From contig NC_042998.1 of assembly GCF_006345805.1 (NCBI RefSeq), forward strand, positions 69,130,001 through 69,194,000: a stretch of 64,000 bases of DNA, in the 5' to 3' direction. A program made the position numbers and the translations under genes. The notes under the pieces were generated by a model. That model made no database searches and was not told the origin of the DNA. It saw only the letters and a program-made list of their open reading frames with translations. Position 1 is the first letter of the stretch. Every line of letters begins with the position of its first letter. This DNA is from Octopus sinensis (lineage: Eukaryota). Positions 14,518-27,468 of the stretch are shown here, one piece after another.

Positions 14518-15306
14518 AGTATCTATACACGAGTAGGATTAATAATAACATAGATAAAGAACGTACAGGGATGAGCAATAAAAAAAAAGCCTGCAATTGT
14601 CGGAACCACAATTTATGTCCATTAGGGGTTCCTGCCTAAGGAAAAACGTGGTATACAAGACTGAGGTCATAATTGCCAATCAACCTAAGAAAGTATACAT
14701 AGGGATTTCAAAACGAGACATAGAGCTCACATCAGTCCATTCTCGAACCCAGGAACAAAAGACGCAACAGTGCTGGCTACATATATTAACAAACTAAAAA
14801 TGCGCGATAAGGCATTTAGAATAGACTGGTCGATCATAACGGAAACGACCCCATATTAAACGTATACTGGAAGGAGTAAGTTATGTACGAAGGAAGCAGT
14901 TAGTATACTTCGTACATATAAGAAAATTCTAATTAATAAAATATTGGACCTTATAATTGCATGTAGGCATAAATATTTAGCTACATTTAAGTTTTTTACA
15001 AATTAGAAAGGGTAGAGTCCGATCTTATGAACATCGACTTACCTTAATAAAATAATAATTTCTTCCGCTTTGGTTAGATTTGATCAACTTAAAGTTTAAG
15101 CGTAAAATTCTTTATACTTTAGCGTCTTAGTAATTAAAGGGCTTAGCGTCGCATTCGAACCTATTAACCTTCTGTATATAAGCTGTAAATTAACGATCAG
15201 TGTAAATTGTAAATGACAAACATCAGTGAATTGTTAGACTGTTCCCACTAACATTCTGCATATATGGATTCACCCTACTTTAATTATTTACTATCTTTAA
15301 TTATCA

Positions 15307-15650
15307 TGGAGGCGCAATGGCCCAGTGGTTAGCGGACTCGCGGTCGTACGATCGCAGTTTCGATTCCCAAACCGGACGTTGTGAGTGTTTATAGAGCGAA
15401 AACACCCAAAGCTCCACGAGTCTCCGGCAGGCGGTGGTGGTGGACCCTGCTGTACTCTTTCACCACAACTTTCTCTCATTCTTTCTTCCTGTTTCTGTTG
15501 TACCTGTATTTTAAAGGGCCAGCCATATCACATTCTGTGTCACGCTGAGTCTCCCCGAGAACTACATTAAGGGTACACGTGTCTGTGGAGTGCTCACGTT
15601 AATTTCACGAGCAGGCTGGAACGCTCGTCGTCGCAGCCGATGGAGTGCCA
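15307..15650 (+). mobile_element. tRNA-headed SINE
   Basis: TGGAGGCGCAATGGCCCAGTGGTTAG...GTTTCGATTCC head; reverse copies at 39790-40165 and 60060-60441. Confidence 0.85.
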
Positions 15651-15684
15651 CGATCTTTAACTATCTGCAGCCCAACTGTCTTAA

Positions 15685-15907
15685 CCCATTATGTCCCAGA
15701 GTACTTACATTTCTGAATAATACTTTTACATTTTTACAGCTGATTGAAAATTGGTTAAAATGAAAAAAATAATAATTAGAACTCCTTTACTTGAAGTAGA
15801 AATGGAAATATTCGGTGTTCTATAAACAAGACACTGAGACAATGTGATACAGCTTATTTAAAGTTTTCATTTAGTGTCCTATTTATAGGACAGTGGAACT
15901 TGATGGG
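15685..15907. mobile_element. piggyBac-type MITE
   Basis: TTAA-CCCATTATGTCCC ... GGAACTTGATGGG-TTAA: CCC/GGG ends with TTAA on both sides. Confidence 0.7.
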
Positions 15908-16178
15908 TTAACTCCAAATTTGAGTCATCATTTTATTTTATTTTATTTTATTTTATTTTACAAATATTTCTTATTTCATTTTCATTTGAACAAATGTTTT
16001 ACTTCATAAATTTTTCCACTTCACAAAACCTTTCTATATCCTAGCGAACTTTAAAAAAAATACTATAACATTAAAAAAAAATATATATACAACGTTACTC
16101 GATATGACTTCAAGTTCTGTAAGTAGAAGATATTTTAAGCACCCTCAATTTTTAAACTATTTTAATCGATTTATTTGT

Positions 16179-16262
16179 ACCTCTGATGAGAGAAATGCGA
16201 TTATATGTATCGGCTGGAAAACTCGCCAAATACAAGCGCATTCCTCGAAACGATCGTAAGGT
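16179..16262 (+). ncRNA. type I hammerhead ribozyme (Penelope-associated, minimal stem III)
   Basis: ACCT-CUGAUGA-GAGAAAUGCG...CGCAUUCCUC-GAAA-CGAUCG-UA-AGGU: intact core, 9/10-bp stem II, palindromic stem III, GUA site, 4-bp stem I. Confidence 0.8.
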
Positions 16263-16459
16263 TTTGTAATATTGTTTTTCTTTGGATTGTAATATTGGAG
16301 CGTTTGAAACTTGACATCTCGATGAATTTTTTTCTGTATTTTGTATTCCTATGGTAAAGTAACTTGACTTACGAAAATCTGTTATCCACTTTGATTTTTA
16401 TTATATTTTGCTCATATTGAGCACTAATTAGGTGCGCTGCAACAAAGGTTTTCCTTTTT

Positions 16460-17921
<1,462 letters not shown>

Positions 17922-18525
17922 AGGAGATAAATAAAAATATATGCATACATACAAACATATATGTACGTACCTACATCTACATGTATATATACATGCATAT
18001 ATAAATAATTATACGGAAGTACAGGACATCACAATAAGACGTAGAAACGGAAAAAGCCAAAAAACAAAAAACAAGAAAACGGAAAACGAAAAACAATTAC
18101 AGGACAGGTTACACAAGGACAAAACCCCCGTCATCAGCTGTCGCTAGAGGAGTCAGGCATGTTTCGAAGGCATAACAGAACACTAATCCAATAGGCCTTC
18201 CTGCGAGAGAATTAAAATAAAATTTCAAGCAGCGGGGCACAATGAGTACGAACACAAACAAGACGTAACAATAAGACTGCAAAATTAAAATACATGTACA
18301 AAAACAAACACAAGAGGACGAACGAAAAAGCCTTTTTTCTGGCATAGACAAACAATAAAACTGCAAAAATAAAAATACATGTACAACAAGTACAATTAGT
18401 TACAAAACGAGAAAATAACAAGAATACTATACAGGAAATTAACCACACAAGGGGACGAACGAAGAAGCCTTTTGCTGGCAAGGACGAAAGTGTAGTAGCA
18501 GCGCGTGGAGGCAGTCTTTTCAATA
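17922..18525. repeat. ~600-bp direct repeat, copy 1 (LTR/pLTR-like)
   Basis: Near-identical to 29330-29933; I see one substitution (18081 G vs A). Confidence 0.95.
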
Positions 18526-18763
18526 GTGGTATTTCTTTATTATGATTATAAAATCAAACATAGAAGGACAAATACAGGACATACATACAAAAAACATTTA
18601 AGAGATTCGATTAAAAATTTTGTTTACATTCATTATAGAATAATATCCTTTGCATAACCAGTATAACAAACAACAGTAGATGAACTTGTAGTCTCACTGG
18701 AGCTTTTACACCCCGGCAATTTATGAGGCCCTGCAGCTTCCACTTCCTCTCTCTCCTCCATGG

Positions 18764-21700
18764 TCAAGCTGGGTTTCTGACACCCACCTTTTTTTCTACT
18801 TCCTTCCATCTTTTCTCATACACACGCCGTGGTAAGATCCTCTTTCCAGCCCCATTTTGCTCTTCAGATGATATCTGAAGTAAGTGAGCAGGCTGGGGCC
18901 GGAGACAAAGGATCCTATCGCGGCTCCTTCCATTCTCGTTCTCCACATGCATTCCTTTACTACTGCAACCGTGCAGTGAAAACATGCCTCACCTTCCTTC
19001 GAGAGTCCAGTTGGCGGTATCATCTTAATCATAGACTCAGCCAACAGCTGTACTCGTCCCAGATGCGATAACACGTGTTCTGCGTAACTTATCAAGTCGG
19101 ACAACTTCCGACAGTGAACAAAAGCGTGCTGGACGGTTTCATCGTCCAACCCGCACCTTGGACACGTCGGTGGCACTGAAACTCCGTGCCGCGATAACTT
19201 CTCGCGAACAGGTAAAGCATTCCTATAACACTGCCAGGCCAGGGATCTTTGGAAATTATCCAAATACCCCGACCTGAAAGTTTTTTTAAACAGGTTGGCA
19301 AGCTGGTCTTCATCAAACCCCAGAGCCCCTCCTAGGACGTCATCGTTTTTTGCCTCTACCAGCCCTCTATAAAATACCGAGGTGGTATTTCCGCAGCCGG
19401 CCTTGCCCGCCTTGTGGATCAGCGTGAGTGCCTGTCGGCACTCCTTTTGCCATGGAGTCAGTTTCCATCTTTTGATGTAACCGGGTTTAAAATTCACTAA
19501 GGAGGCCGGTCTCGGGAAAAATCCCCCTGCCAGCGGACTCCACACCTTATCACCTTCCAGGTGGTGCCAGAGATGCCTTAGCCTCAACGCATGTCTGCGC
19601 ATCATCAACCAAGGCATCCCTAACCCACCCTTTAACGGTTCTTGGCAGCAAACGGAGCGCCTCACAAGTGGCTTTCCTCCTTTCCACAAAAAGCGGAAAA
19701 GGATTCGTTCCAACTTGTTAAGCCATGAATCGGGGCAAGGGACAACGGTCAGGCGGTAGGTGATTACAGATGCAATGAACATCTGCACCACCTCCGCCTT
19801 TCCTTTCAAGGACAGAGACCTTCCGGACCAGGTCCGTACTATGGCCTCCACCTTGCTTGTCACCTCACTCCAGTTCTTCTCCGTTTGGGAGTCTGGTCCA
19901 AACCAAACTCCCAGCAACTTAACAGGGCCATCCGTCCAGTGTCCCACGACACTGGACGATATCGACTTGCTCCTCCAGGTGCCGAGGCGCAAGCCAACCG
20001 ATTTGTCCTTGTTAACCTTTGCTCCTGCCACCGCCTCGTATCCTCTGATAGCCTCCTCTACACAAGGTAGTTGGGCCTCTTGGACACGATGAGGGTGACG
20101 TCATCCGCATAAGCAGTAACCGTCCTCCCACCTCCGATTTCATCCGAGTTACTCCCTAGCCTCTCCAACTTTCGCAGCAGTGGCTCGAGGGCCAATACGT
20201 ACAAAAGTGGTGACAAGGGGCACCCCTGACGCACTGAACACTCGATCGAAAACGGTTCAGTTAGGTAACCGTTTATCTGGACGGTGGACTTGATGCCGCT
20301 ATACATAGCGGAGATCCACCCGCGAAATTCAGGGCCCAGCCCAGCCGCTTCGAGGGCCGTCGCCAGGTACCCATGGTCTACCCTATCGAAGGCTTTACTT
20401 TGGTCTAAATGGACCATTACCCGCCTTTGCCGGCTAATTTACCCACCCTATCTAAGGTGTAGCGTATAAGGTGAAGATTGTCCTGGATCGACCTGCCTGG
20501 AATTGCACATGTCTGTGCTCTCCCTACAAGTTTCTCCACGACAACCGTCAACCTTTTGCTAATACCTTGGCCAAAATCTTTAACTCTACATTAAGTAGAG
20601 TTATGGGCCTGTAGTTACTAATATTATCCCCCTTGCTCGGGTCTTTCTGGATTAGCGTCACCACTCCCCGGCTTACAGAACTGGGAATTCTCCCATTCTG
20701 CTGCCAGTTCGTGTAGACGCCTGCCAGTATTCCCCCGAACAAGTCCGGCATACTTTGGTAAAACTCGTAGGGCAGACCATCCAACCCCGGCGACTTCTCC
20801 CCGGCGCATTCGGCCAGCATCTCCTTTATCTCTGCGGGAGTGATCGTTCCTTCACAGCACTCCACCTCACGCGCCGCGAGCCGCGGCCCGCCGGCTAGGA
20901 AGTCCTTTAAGGCCCTCCCCCGATCCAGCGGACCACCACCCCCAAACACGCGAGCGAAATGCTGGTGAAGAAACTTTTGCATCTCCTCCTGTCCATAGAT
21001 CTTTTGTCCCTGTTCGTCAGTCAAAGATTTGATTGAGGCTCTGTTGCCTCTCTGACTCTCCACACGACGGGCCCATCCGGCCACGTTAATACCTTCTCGT
21101 TTCCCAGCGCGCAGCTTAGCTCTGACTCTGCAACCTTCGTGTTTGGAGTTAAGGTGACGGTACAATACCGTCCTTGCCGCCAACACTCCGGATGCGGAGC
21201 CAGCTTCCATTGCCTCGTCTAGATTCTTAACTAAATCGCCCTCTAGACTAGCCCTATCTATCCTTAGCTGATTGCTAAATCTAACGGACTCTAAACGAAT
21301 GGCTCTTTTGAGGGCGTGCCACCATCTATTGTTAATGATGGTGCCACACAATGCCCTCTGAACTAACACCTTAATCCGGGTACGGAAGTCTTCACAATTC
21401 AAAATAGCCTTGTTCAGCTTCCAGTACCCGGGTCCCTGTCTATGACACTTGTCTAATTGCACCTCACACGTCACAAATTTGTGATCCGAGTAAGGTACAA
21501 TATGAAATTGTGGACAACTAAACGTATCCTTATCTCTTTTCTTAATAAATATCCTATCTAGATACGATCTGTGTGAGCCGTCGTTGTTACTCCACGTCCA
21601 CTGTGGAACGCTCGGCTCATCCAGTCGGTAACGGTCCACTAGATCAAAGCTCTCTAGTAGACCCTTGAGGCTAGGGTTCCCCTTCCTATTGGTTGAGCCA

Positions 21701-22149
21701 ACATTGTCGATGTGCGCTTCAAGGACAGTGTTAAAGTCCCCTACTAGGATTACTGTTTTCGACGTCGCTAAAAAGGGCTCCAGGTTCCGAAAAAAACCCG
21801 TCTGTCTACCCTCGTTCGGGGCGTAGACAGCTACCAACCTGAAGGACTGTTTACTTACGTGAGTCACATCCAGGACAACCAGCCTGCCTTCTGGGTCCAG
21901 AAAGACAGTACTTACCTGCAAGTCCAAGCTCTTCCTGATGAAGACTGCCACGCCTCTGCCTCCTCCTCGGCTAGGAGAAATAAATTTCTCGAAACCATTT
22001 AGAAGAGGCGAGAACGCTTGGGTCTCGCTCATCTTGGACTCGGTTGCAATAGCAATATCTACACCATGTGTCGTGAGGTCGTTCAGGAAACAAATTTGTT
22101 TCCGTTTCGACCCCATTCCACGTACATTTATACAACCCAGCTTAGCCAT
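18764..22149 (-). pseudogene. Tx1 ORF2 (APE endonuclease, reverse transcriptase), split into pieces
   Basis: ORFs 20548-22149, 20058-20417 and 18796-20031: NVRG, GDFN, SDH, YRPITLLN, DQSKAFDRV, QGCPLSP, AYADD. Confidence 0.9.
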
Positions 22150-22177
22150 TGTGGGTGAGAGAGAAGGATAAGTGTAC

Positions 22178-23610
22178 TCACGGTTGGGAAAGGGAGCATG
22201 ACAGTTTGGATCTGCCTGCTTCCCCTTCTTCCTCCCTGTGTATTGCTGCTGCAGGGCTCTTGACCGGCGTTGCCACTGGGCTCTGGGTGGGTGTGGTTGC
22301 CGGGGTTATTGTCAGTTTGCCCTCCATTACCTCCTTGGTCACATCTCTTATTAGACGGTTCCTCAGGTGTTCCTGAAGAACCTCCTCCTTCCACTCGTTC
22401 TCCCCTACCTTCGCGAAGCGAGCGGTTGCTTTCCCATCTGAGGTTCTACTATACAGTATAAATCTCGAAAGTTTGCAACATTTAAAACTTTTCATTTTTC
22501 TCATCGAAAGCTATTATCCTTTCGTTCTTCTGTATGCACTTTTTTATGTCTTGTTTTATGGGGAGGGGCTTGGCAAACTGTTTTCCAATGAAAACAGTGC
22601 CATGGGGGTAGGGTTGGGGGATTTGCTTGATGTGTGTGTCTGCTGTGTTTGCTGTTTTTTTTCTTGTTTGGGGAGGGGAGTCCTGGGTATTCTCTTTTTT
22701 TCTTTTATGAGTGACTTGTGTGTAGTCCATTAGTTCTGTATGGTCTGTTTTTGTTTCCGTACTTGTCTTCGTCATTTTTGTGTTTTGCTTGTTTCCTCCC
22801 CTTCAGTGATAGGGACACTTTGAGGAGGCGCTTCTTCTGTTTTTTTCCCCTTTTTAATACAGTTGGATCGGACGTGACCCTTCTCTCCACACTTGAAGCA
22901 TCTGGGTCTACGTCCCTCCACCGAAACTCTCATGGACGTGCCGTCCTCATTAAATATTCTGTCGGGCAGGTTTTCCAGGATTTTGTTCTCCGCCTGCACG
23001 AGGAGCTCCAGGGTCTGGCCCTTCCACCGTACCACCTCCTTCCTTCTCATTTGCAGTATTGTTATTTCGCGTTCCATGTTGTGCAGGACTGCCGCTGCTA
23101 CCCACATGATGTCGTACCCTCTGGGTATGTCTTCTACCATTAATTTTGCAGTTCGCTTCCCCATATACGAGGGTAGTAGCATGATGTCGTCGTTTTTTAG
23201 GGTCAACGACGACACCTCTTTCGCCACCTCTGCCGTGTCAAAGTGCGCCTCGACCGTAGCACTGCGTGCACCTCTCACGACATGACGAATTTTGTCCCAC
23301 ACCGGGGACAGGCACTTCTCGACAATTTCATTTTTTACATCCATAATCTTTTTTTCTTTAAAGCTGTAGACTTTGTAGATCACAATTCTTTCTTTGATTT
23401 CTTGTACTTTTGCTTGCGGCGGTACAAGCCTTATCTCGCCTCCTTCCACTTTTACTAGGTTCCTGTATTCATATAGTTGTTCGATTTTAAATTCGACCTC
23501 CATCATGGCGCCGCCCACCGCGGCCGAGAATGACTGTTTGGGTACTTCTTATCCTTATTTTCACTTTTTCCCATCGGGAAATCTTCCTTCGACGTCAAGT
23601 CGAACTCCAT
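22178..23610 (-). pseudogene. Tx1 ORF1 (Gag-like, CCHC zinc knuckle), frameshifted
   Basis: ORFs 22772-23518, 22482-22775 and 22178-22504 align to 27469-28893; CFKCGEKGHVRSNC. Confidence 0.9.
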
Positions 23611-24050
23611 TTCAAAAATTACCTTCAAGGTAACAAAAATGCAGGTAATACAAATTTCTGCCCCGTAGGGCGAAAATTACCGTTTTACAACGGGCACTGT
23701 TCAAAACAGTTAACACAAACAATAGTATCACAAATTCGAGCTCTCTTAAATGGAGGCAGCAATTTTCTCACAACGCAGATGAACAGTAACTCGAAAATTT
23801 CTTTTCAATAGTTATCTCTTTATTACGATTATAGAAAATCAATACATAGAAGGTACGAATACAGGACATACATACAAAAACATTTAAGAGATTCGATTAA
23901 AAGTTTCGTTTGGATTCGTTATAAAGTAATAGTTTTTGCATAACTAGTATAACAAACACTTGTAGATGACTTTTGTGGTTTTACTGGAGCTTTTACACCC
24001 CGGCAGTTGATGAGGCCCTGCAGCTTCCACTTCCTCTCTCTCCTCCATGG

Positions 24051-27000
24051 TCAAGCTGGGTTTCTCACACCCACCTTTCTTTCCACTTCCTTCCATCTTT
24101 TCTCATACACTCCCCGCGGCAAGGTCCTCCTCTCCAGTCCCATCTTGCTTCTCAGATGATATCTGAAGTAGGTGAGCAAGCCGGTCCCGGAGATAAAGGA
24201 CCCTGTCGCGGCTCCTTCCATTCTCGTTCTCCACATGCATTCCTTTACTACTGCAACCGTGCAGTGAAAACATGCCTCACCTTCCTTCGAGAGTCCAGTT
24301 GGCGGTATCATCTTCATCATAGACTCAGCCGACAGCTGTACTCGTCCCAGATGCGATAACACGTGTTCTGCGTAACTTATCAAGTCGTTCAACTTCCGAC
24401 AGTGAACAAAAGCGTGCTGAACGGTTTCATCGTCCAACCCGCATCTTGGACATGTCGGTGGCACTGGAACTCCGTGCCGCGATAACTTCTCGCGAACAGG
24501 TAAAGCATTCCTGTAGCACTGCCAGGCCAGGGATCTTTGGAAATTATCCAAATACCCCGACCTGAACGTTTTCTTAAACAGATTGGCAAGCTGGTCTTCA
24601 TCAAACCCCAGAGCCCCTCCTAGGACGTCATCGTTTTTACCTTCTACCAGCCCTCTATAAAATACCGAGGTGGTATTTCCGCAGCCGGCCTTGCCCGTCT
24701 TGTGGATCAGCGTGAGTGCCTGTCGGCACTCCTTTTGCCATGGAGTCAGATTCCATCTTCTGATGTAACCGGGTTTAAAATTAACTAAGGAGGCCGGTCT
24801 CGGGAAAAATCCCTCTGCCAGCGGACTCCACACCTTATCACCTTCCAGGTGGTGCCAGAGATGTCTTAGTCTCAACGCATGTCTGCGCATCATCAACCAA
24901 GGCATCCCTAACCCACCCTTTAACGGTTCTTGACAGCACACGGAGCGTCTCACAAGTGGCTTTCCTCCTTTCCACAAAAAGCGAAAGAGGACTCGTTCCA
25001 ACTTGTTAAGCCATGAGTCGGGGCAAGGGACGACGGTCAGGCGATAGGTGATTACAGATGCAATAAACATCTGCACCACCTCCGCCTTTCCTTTCAAGGA
25101 CAGAGACCTTCCGGACCAGGTCCGTACTATGGCCTCCACCTTGCCCGTCACCTCGCTCCAGTTCTTCTCCGTTTGGGAGTCCGGTCCAAACCAAACTCCC
25201 AGCAACTTAACAGGGCCATCCGTCCAGTATCCCACAACACTGGACGATATCGGCTTGTTCCTCCAGGTGCCGAGGCGCAAGCCGACCGATTTGTCCCTGT
25301 TAACCTTTGCTCCTGCCACCGCCTCGTATCCTCTGATAGCCTCCTCTACACAAGGTAGTTGGGCCTCTTTGGACACGATGAGGGTGATGTCATCCGCATA
25401 GGCAGTGACCGACCTCCCACCTCCGATTTCATCTGAGTTACTCCCCAGCCTTTCCAACCTTCGCAGTAGTGGCTCAAGAGCCAATACGTACAAAAGTGGT
25501 GACAAGGGGCACCCCTGACGTACTGAACACTTGATCGAAAACGGTTCCGTTAGGTAACCGTTTATCTGGACGGTGGACTTGATGCCGCTGTACATAGCGG
25601 AGATCCACCCGCGGAATTCGGGACCCAGTCCGGTCGCTTCGAGGACCGTCGCCAGATACCCATGGTCTACCCTATCGAAGGCTTTACTTTGGTCCAAGTG
25701 GACCATTACCCCGCCTTTGCCGGTTACTTTACCCACCCTATCTAGGGTGTAGCGTATAAGGTGAAGGTTGTCCTGGATCGACCTGCCTGGAATTGCACAT
25801 GTCTGTGCTCTCCCTACAAGTTTCTCCACGACAACCGTCAACCTTTTTGCTAACACCTTGGCCAAAATCTTTAACTCTACATTAAGTAGAGTTATGGGCC
25901 TGTAGTTACTAATTATATCCCCCTTGCTCGGGTCTTTCTGGATTAGCGTCACCACTCCCCGGCTTACAGAACTGGGAATTCTCCCATTCTGCTGCCAGTT
26001 CGTGTAGACGCCTGCCAGTATTCCCCCGAACAAGTCCGGCATACTTTGGTAAAACTCGTAGGGCAGACCATCCAGCCCCGGCGACTTCTCCCCGGCGCAC
26101 CCGGCCAGCACTTCCTTTATTTCCGCGGGAGTGATCGCTCCCTCACAGCACTCCGCCTCACGCCCCGCGAGCCGCGGCCCGTCGGCCAGGAAGTCCCTTA
26201 AGGCACTCCCCCGGTCCAGCGGGCCACCACCCCCGAACACGCGCGCGAAGTGCTGGTGAAGAAACTTTTGCATCTCCTCCTGTCCATAGATCTTTTGTCC
26301 CTGTTCGTCAGTCAAAGATTTTATTGAGGCTCTGTTGCCTCTCTTACTCTCCACACGACGGGCCCATCCGGCCACGTTAACACCTTCTCGTTTCCCGGCG
26401 CGCAGCTTAGCTCTGACTCTGCAACCTTCGTGTTTGGAGTTAAGGTGACGGTACAATACCGTCCTTGCCGCCAGTACTCCGGATGCAGAGCCAGCTTCCA
26501 TTGCCTCGTCTAGATTCTTAACTAAATCGCCCTCTAGACTAGCCCTATCTATCCTTAGCTGATTGCTAAATCTAACGGACTCTAAACGAATGGCTCTTTT
26601 GAGGGCGTGCCACCATCTGTTGTTAATGATGGTGCCGCACAATGCCCTCTGAACTAACTCCTTAATCCGGGTACGGAAGTCTTCACAATTCAAAATAGCC
26701 TTGTTCAGCTTCCAGTACCCGGGTCCCTGTCTATGACACTTGTCTAATTGCACCTCACACGTCACAAACTTGTGATCCGAGTAAGGTACAATGTGAAATT
26801 GTGGACAACTAAACGTATCCTTATCTCTTTTCTTAATAAATATCCTATCTAGATACGATCTGTGTGAGCCGTCGTTGTTACTCCACGTCCACTGTGGAAC
26901 GCTCGGCTCATCCAGTCGGTAACGGTCCACTAGGTCAAAGCTCTCTAGTAGACCCTTGAGGCTAGGGTCCCCCTTCCTATTGGTTGAGCCAACACTGTCG

Positions 27001-27440
27001 ATGTGCGCTTCAAGGACAGTGTTAAAGTCCCCTACTAGGATTACTGTTTTCGACGTCGCCAGAAAGGGCTCCAGGTTCCGAAAGAAACCCGACTGTCTAC
27101 CCTCGTTCGGGGCGTAGACAGCTACCAACCTGAAGGACTGTTTACTTGCGTGAGTCACATCCAGGACAACCAGCCTGCCTTCTGGGTCCAGAAAGACAGT
27201 ACTTACCTGCAGGTCCAAGCTCTTCCTGATGAAGACTGCCACGCCTCTTCCTCTTCCTCGGCTAGGAGAAATAAATTTCTCGAAACCATTTAGAAGAGGT
27301 GAGAACGCTTGGGTCTCGCTCATCTTGGACTCGGTTACGATAGCAACATCTATACCGTGTGTCGTGAGGTCGTTCAGGAAACAAATTTGTTTCCGTTTCG
27401 ACCCCATTCCACGTATGTTTATACAGCCCAGCTTGGCCAT
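24051..27440 (-). CDS. Tx1/L1-group ORF2: APE endonuclease, reverse transcriptase, C-terminal Cys/His zinc motif
   Basis: NIRG, TESK, VYAP, GDFN, YLDRIF, SDH (APE); SPGLDGLPYEFY, YRPITLLN, DQSKAFDRVDH, RQGCPLSP, AYADD (RT); GGLG; CPRCG..ETVQHAFVHC. Confidence 0.95.
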   Translation of the reverse strand: MAKLGCINIRGMGSKRKQICFLNDLTTHGIDVAIVTESKMSETQAFSPLLNGFEKFISPSRGRGRGVAVFIRKSLDLQVSTVFLDPEGRLVVLDVTHASKQSFRLVAVYAPNEGRQSGFFRNLEPFLATSKTVILVGDFNTVLEAHIDSVGSTNRKGDPSLKGLLESFDLVDRYRLDEPSVPQWTWSNNDGSHRSYLDRIFIKKRDKDTFSCPQFHIVPYSDHKFVTCEVQLDKCHRQGPGYWKLNKAILNCEDFRTRIKELVQRALCGTIINNRWWHALKRAIRLESVRFSNQLRIDRASLEGDLVKNLDEAMEAGSASGVLAARTVLYRHLNSKHEGCRVRAKLRAGKREGVNVAGWARRVESKRGNRASIKSLTDEQGQKIYGQEEMQKFLHQHFARVFGGGGPLDRGSALRDFLADGPRLAGREAECCEGAITPAEIKEVLAGCAGEKSPGLDGLPYEFYQSMPDLFGGILAGVYTNWQQNGRIPSSVSRGVVTLIQKDPSKGDIISNYRPITLLNVELKILAKVLAKRLTVVVEKLVGRAQTCAIPGRSIQDNLHLIRYTLDRVGKVTGKGGVMVHLDQSKAFDRVDHGYLATVLEATGLGPEFRGWISAMYSGIKSTVQINGYLTEPFSIKCSVRQGCPLSPLLYVLALEPLLRRLERLGSNSDEIGGGRSVTAYADDITLIVSKEAQLPCVEEAIRGYEAVAGAKVNRDKSVGLRLGTWRNKPISSSVVGYWTDGPVKLLGVWFGPDSQTEKNWSEVTGKVEAIVRTWSGRSLSLKGKAEVVQMFIASVITYRLTVVPCPDSWLNKLERVLFRFLWKGGKPLVRRSVCCQEPLKGGLGMPWLMMRRHALRLRHLWHHLEGDKVWSPLAEGFFPRPASLVNFKPGYIRRWNLTPWQKECRQALTLIHKTGKAGCGNTTSVFYRGLVEGKNDDVLGGALGFDEDQLANLFKKTFRSGYLDNFQRSLAWQCYRNALPVREKLSRHGVPVPPTCPRCGLDDETVQHAFVHCRKLNDLISYAEHVLSHLGRVQLSAESMMKMIPPTGLSKEGEACFHCTVAVVKECMWRTRMEGAATGSFISGTGLLTYFRYHLRSKMGLERRTLPRGVYEKRWKEVERKVGVRNPA

Positions 27441-27468
27441 TGTGGGCGAAGGAGGAAAATAAATATAC

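Larger units (their letters stand above)
14530..16440 (+). mobile_element. 5'-truncated Penelope-like element (GIY-YIG C-terminus plus 3' pLTR with hammerhead)
   Basis: Frameshifted CNCRNHNLCPLG.SCLRKNVVYKTEV...KVYIGIS...CRHK at 14590-14975; hammerhead at 16179; interrupted by a SINE and a MITE. Confidence 0.8.
18532..23799 (-). mobile_element. full-length Tx1-clade LINE, copy A (frameshifted)
   Basis: 5' UTR, ORF1 with CCHC knuckle, ORF2 APE-RT-Zn, 3' end AATAAAGAAA; colinear with copy B. Confidence 0.95.

Noticed and set aside
15307-15380. tRNA gene (also the other SINE heads)
   Set aside because: A/B-box-like head runs into a repeated SINE body; no complete cloverleaf.
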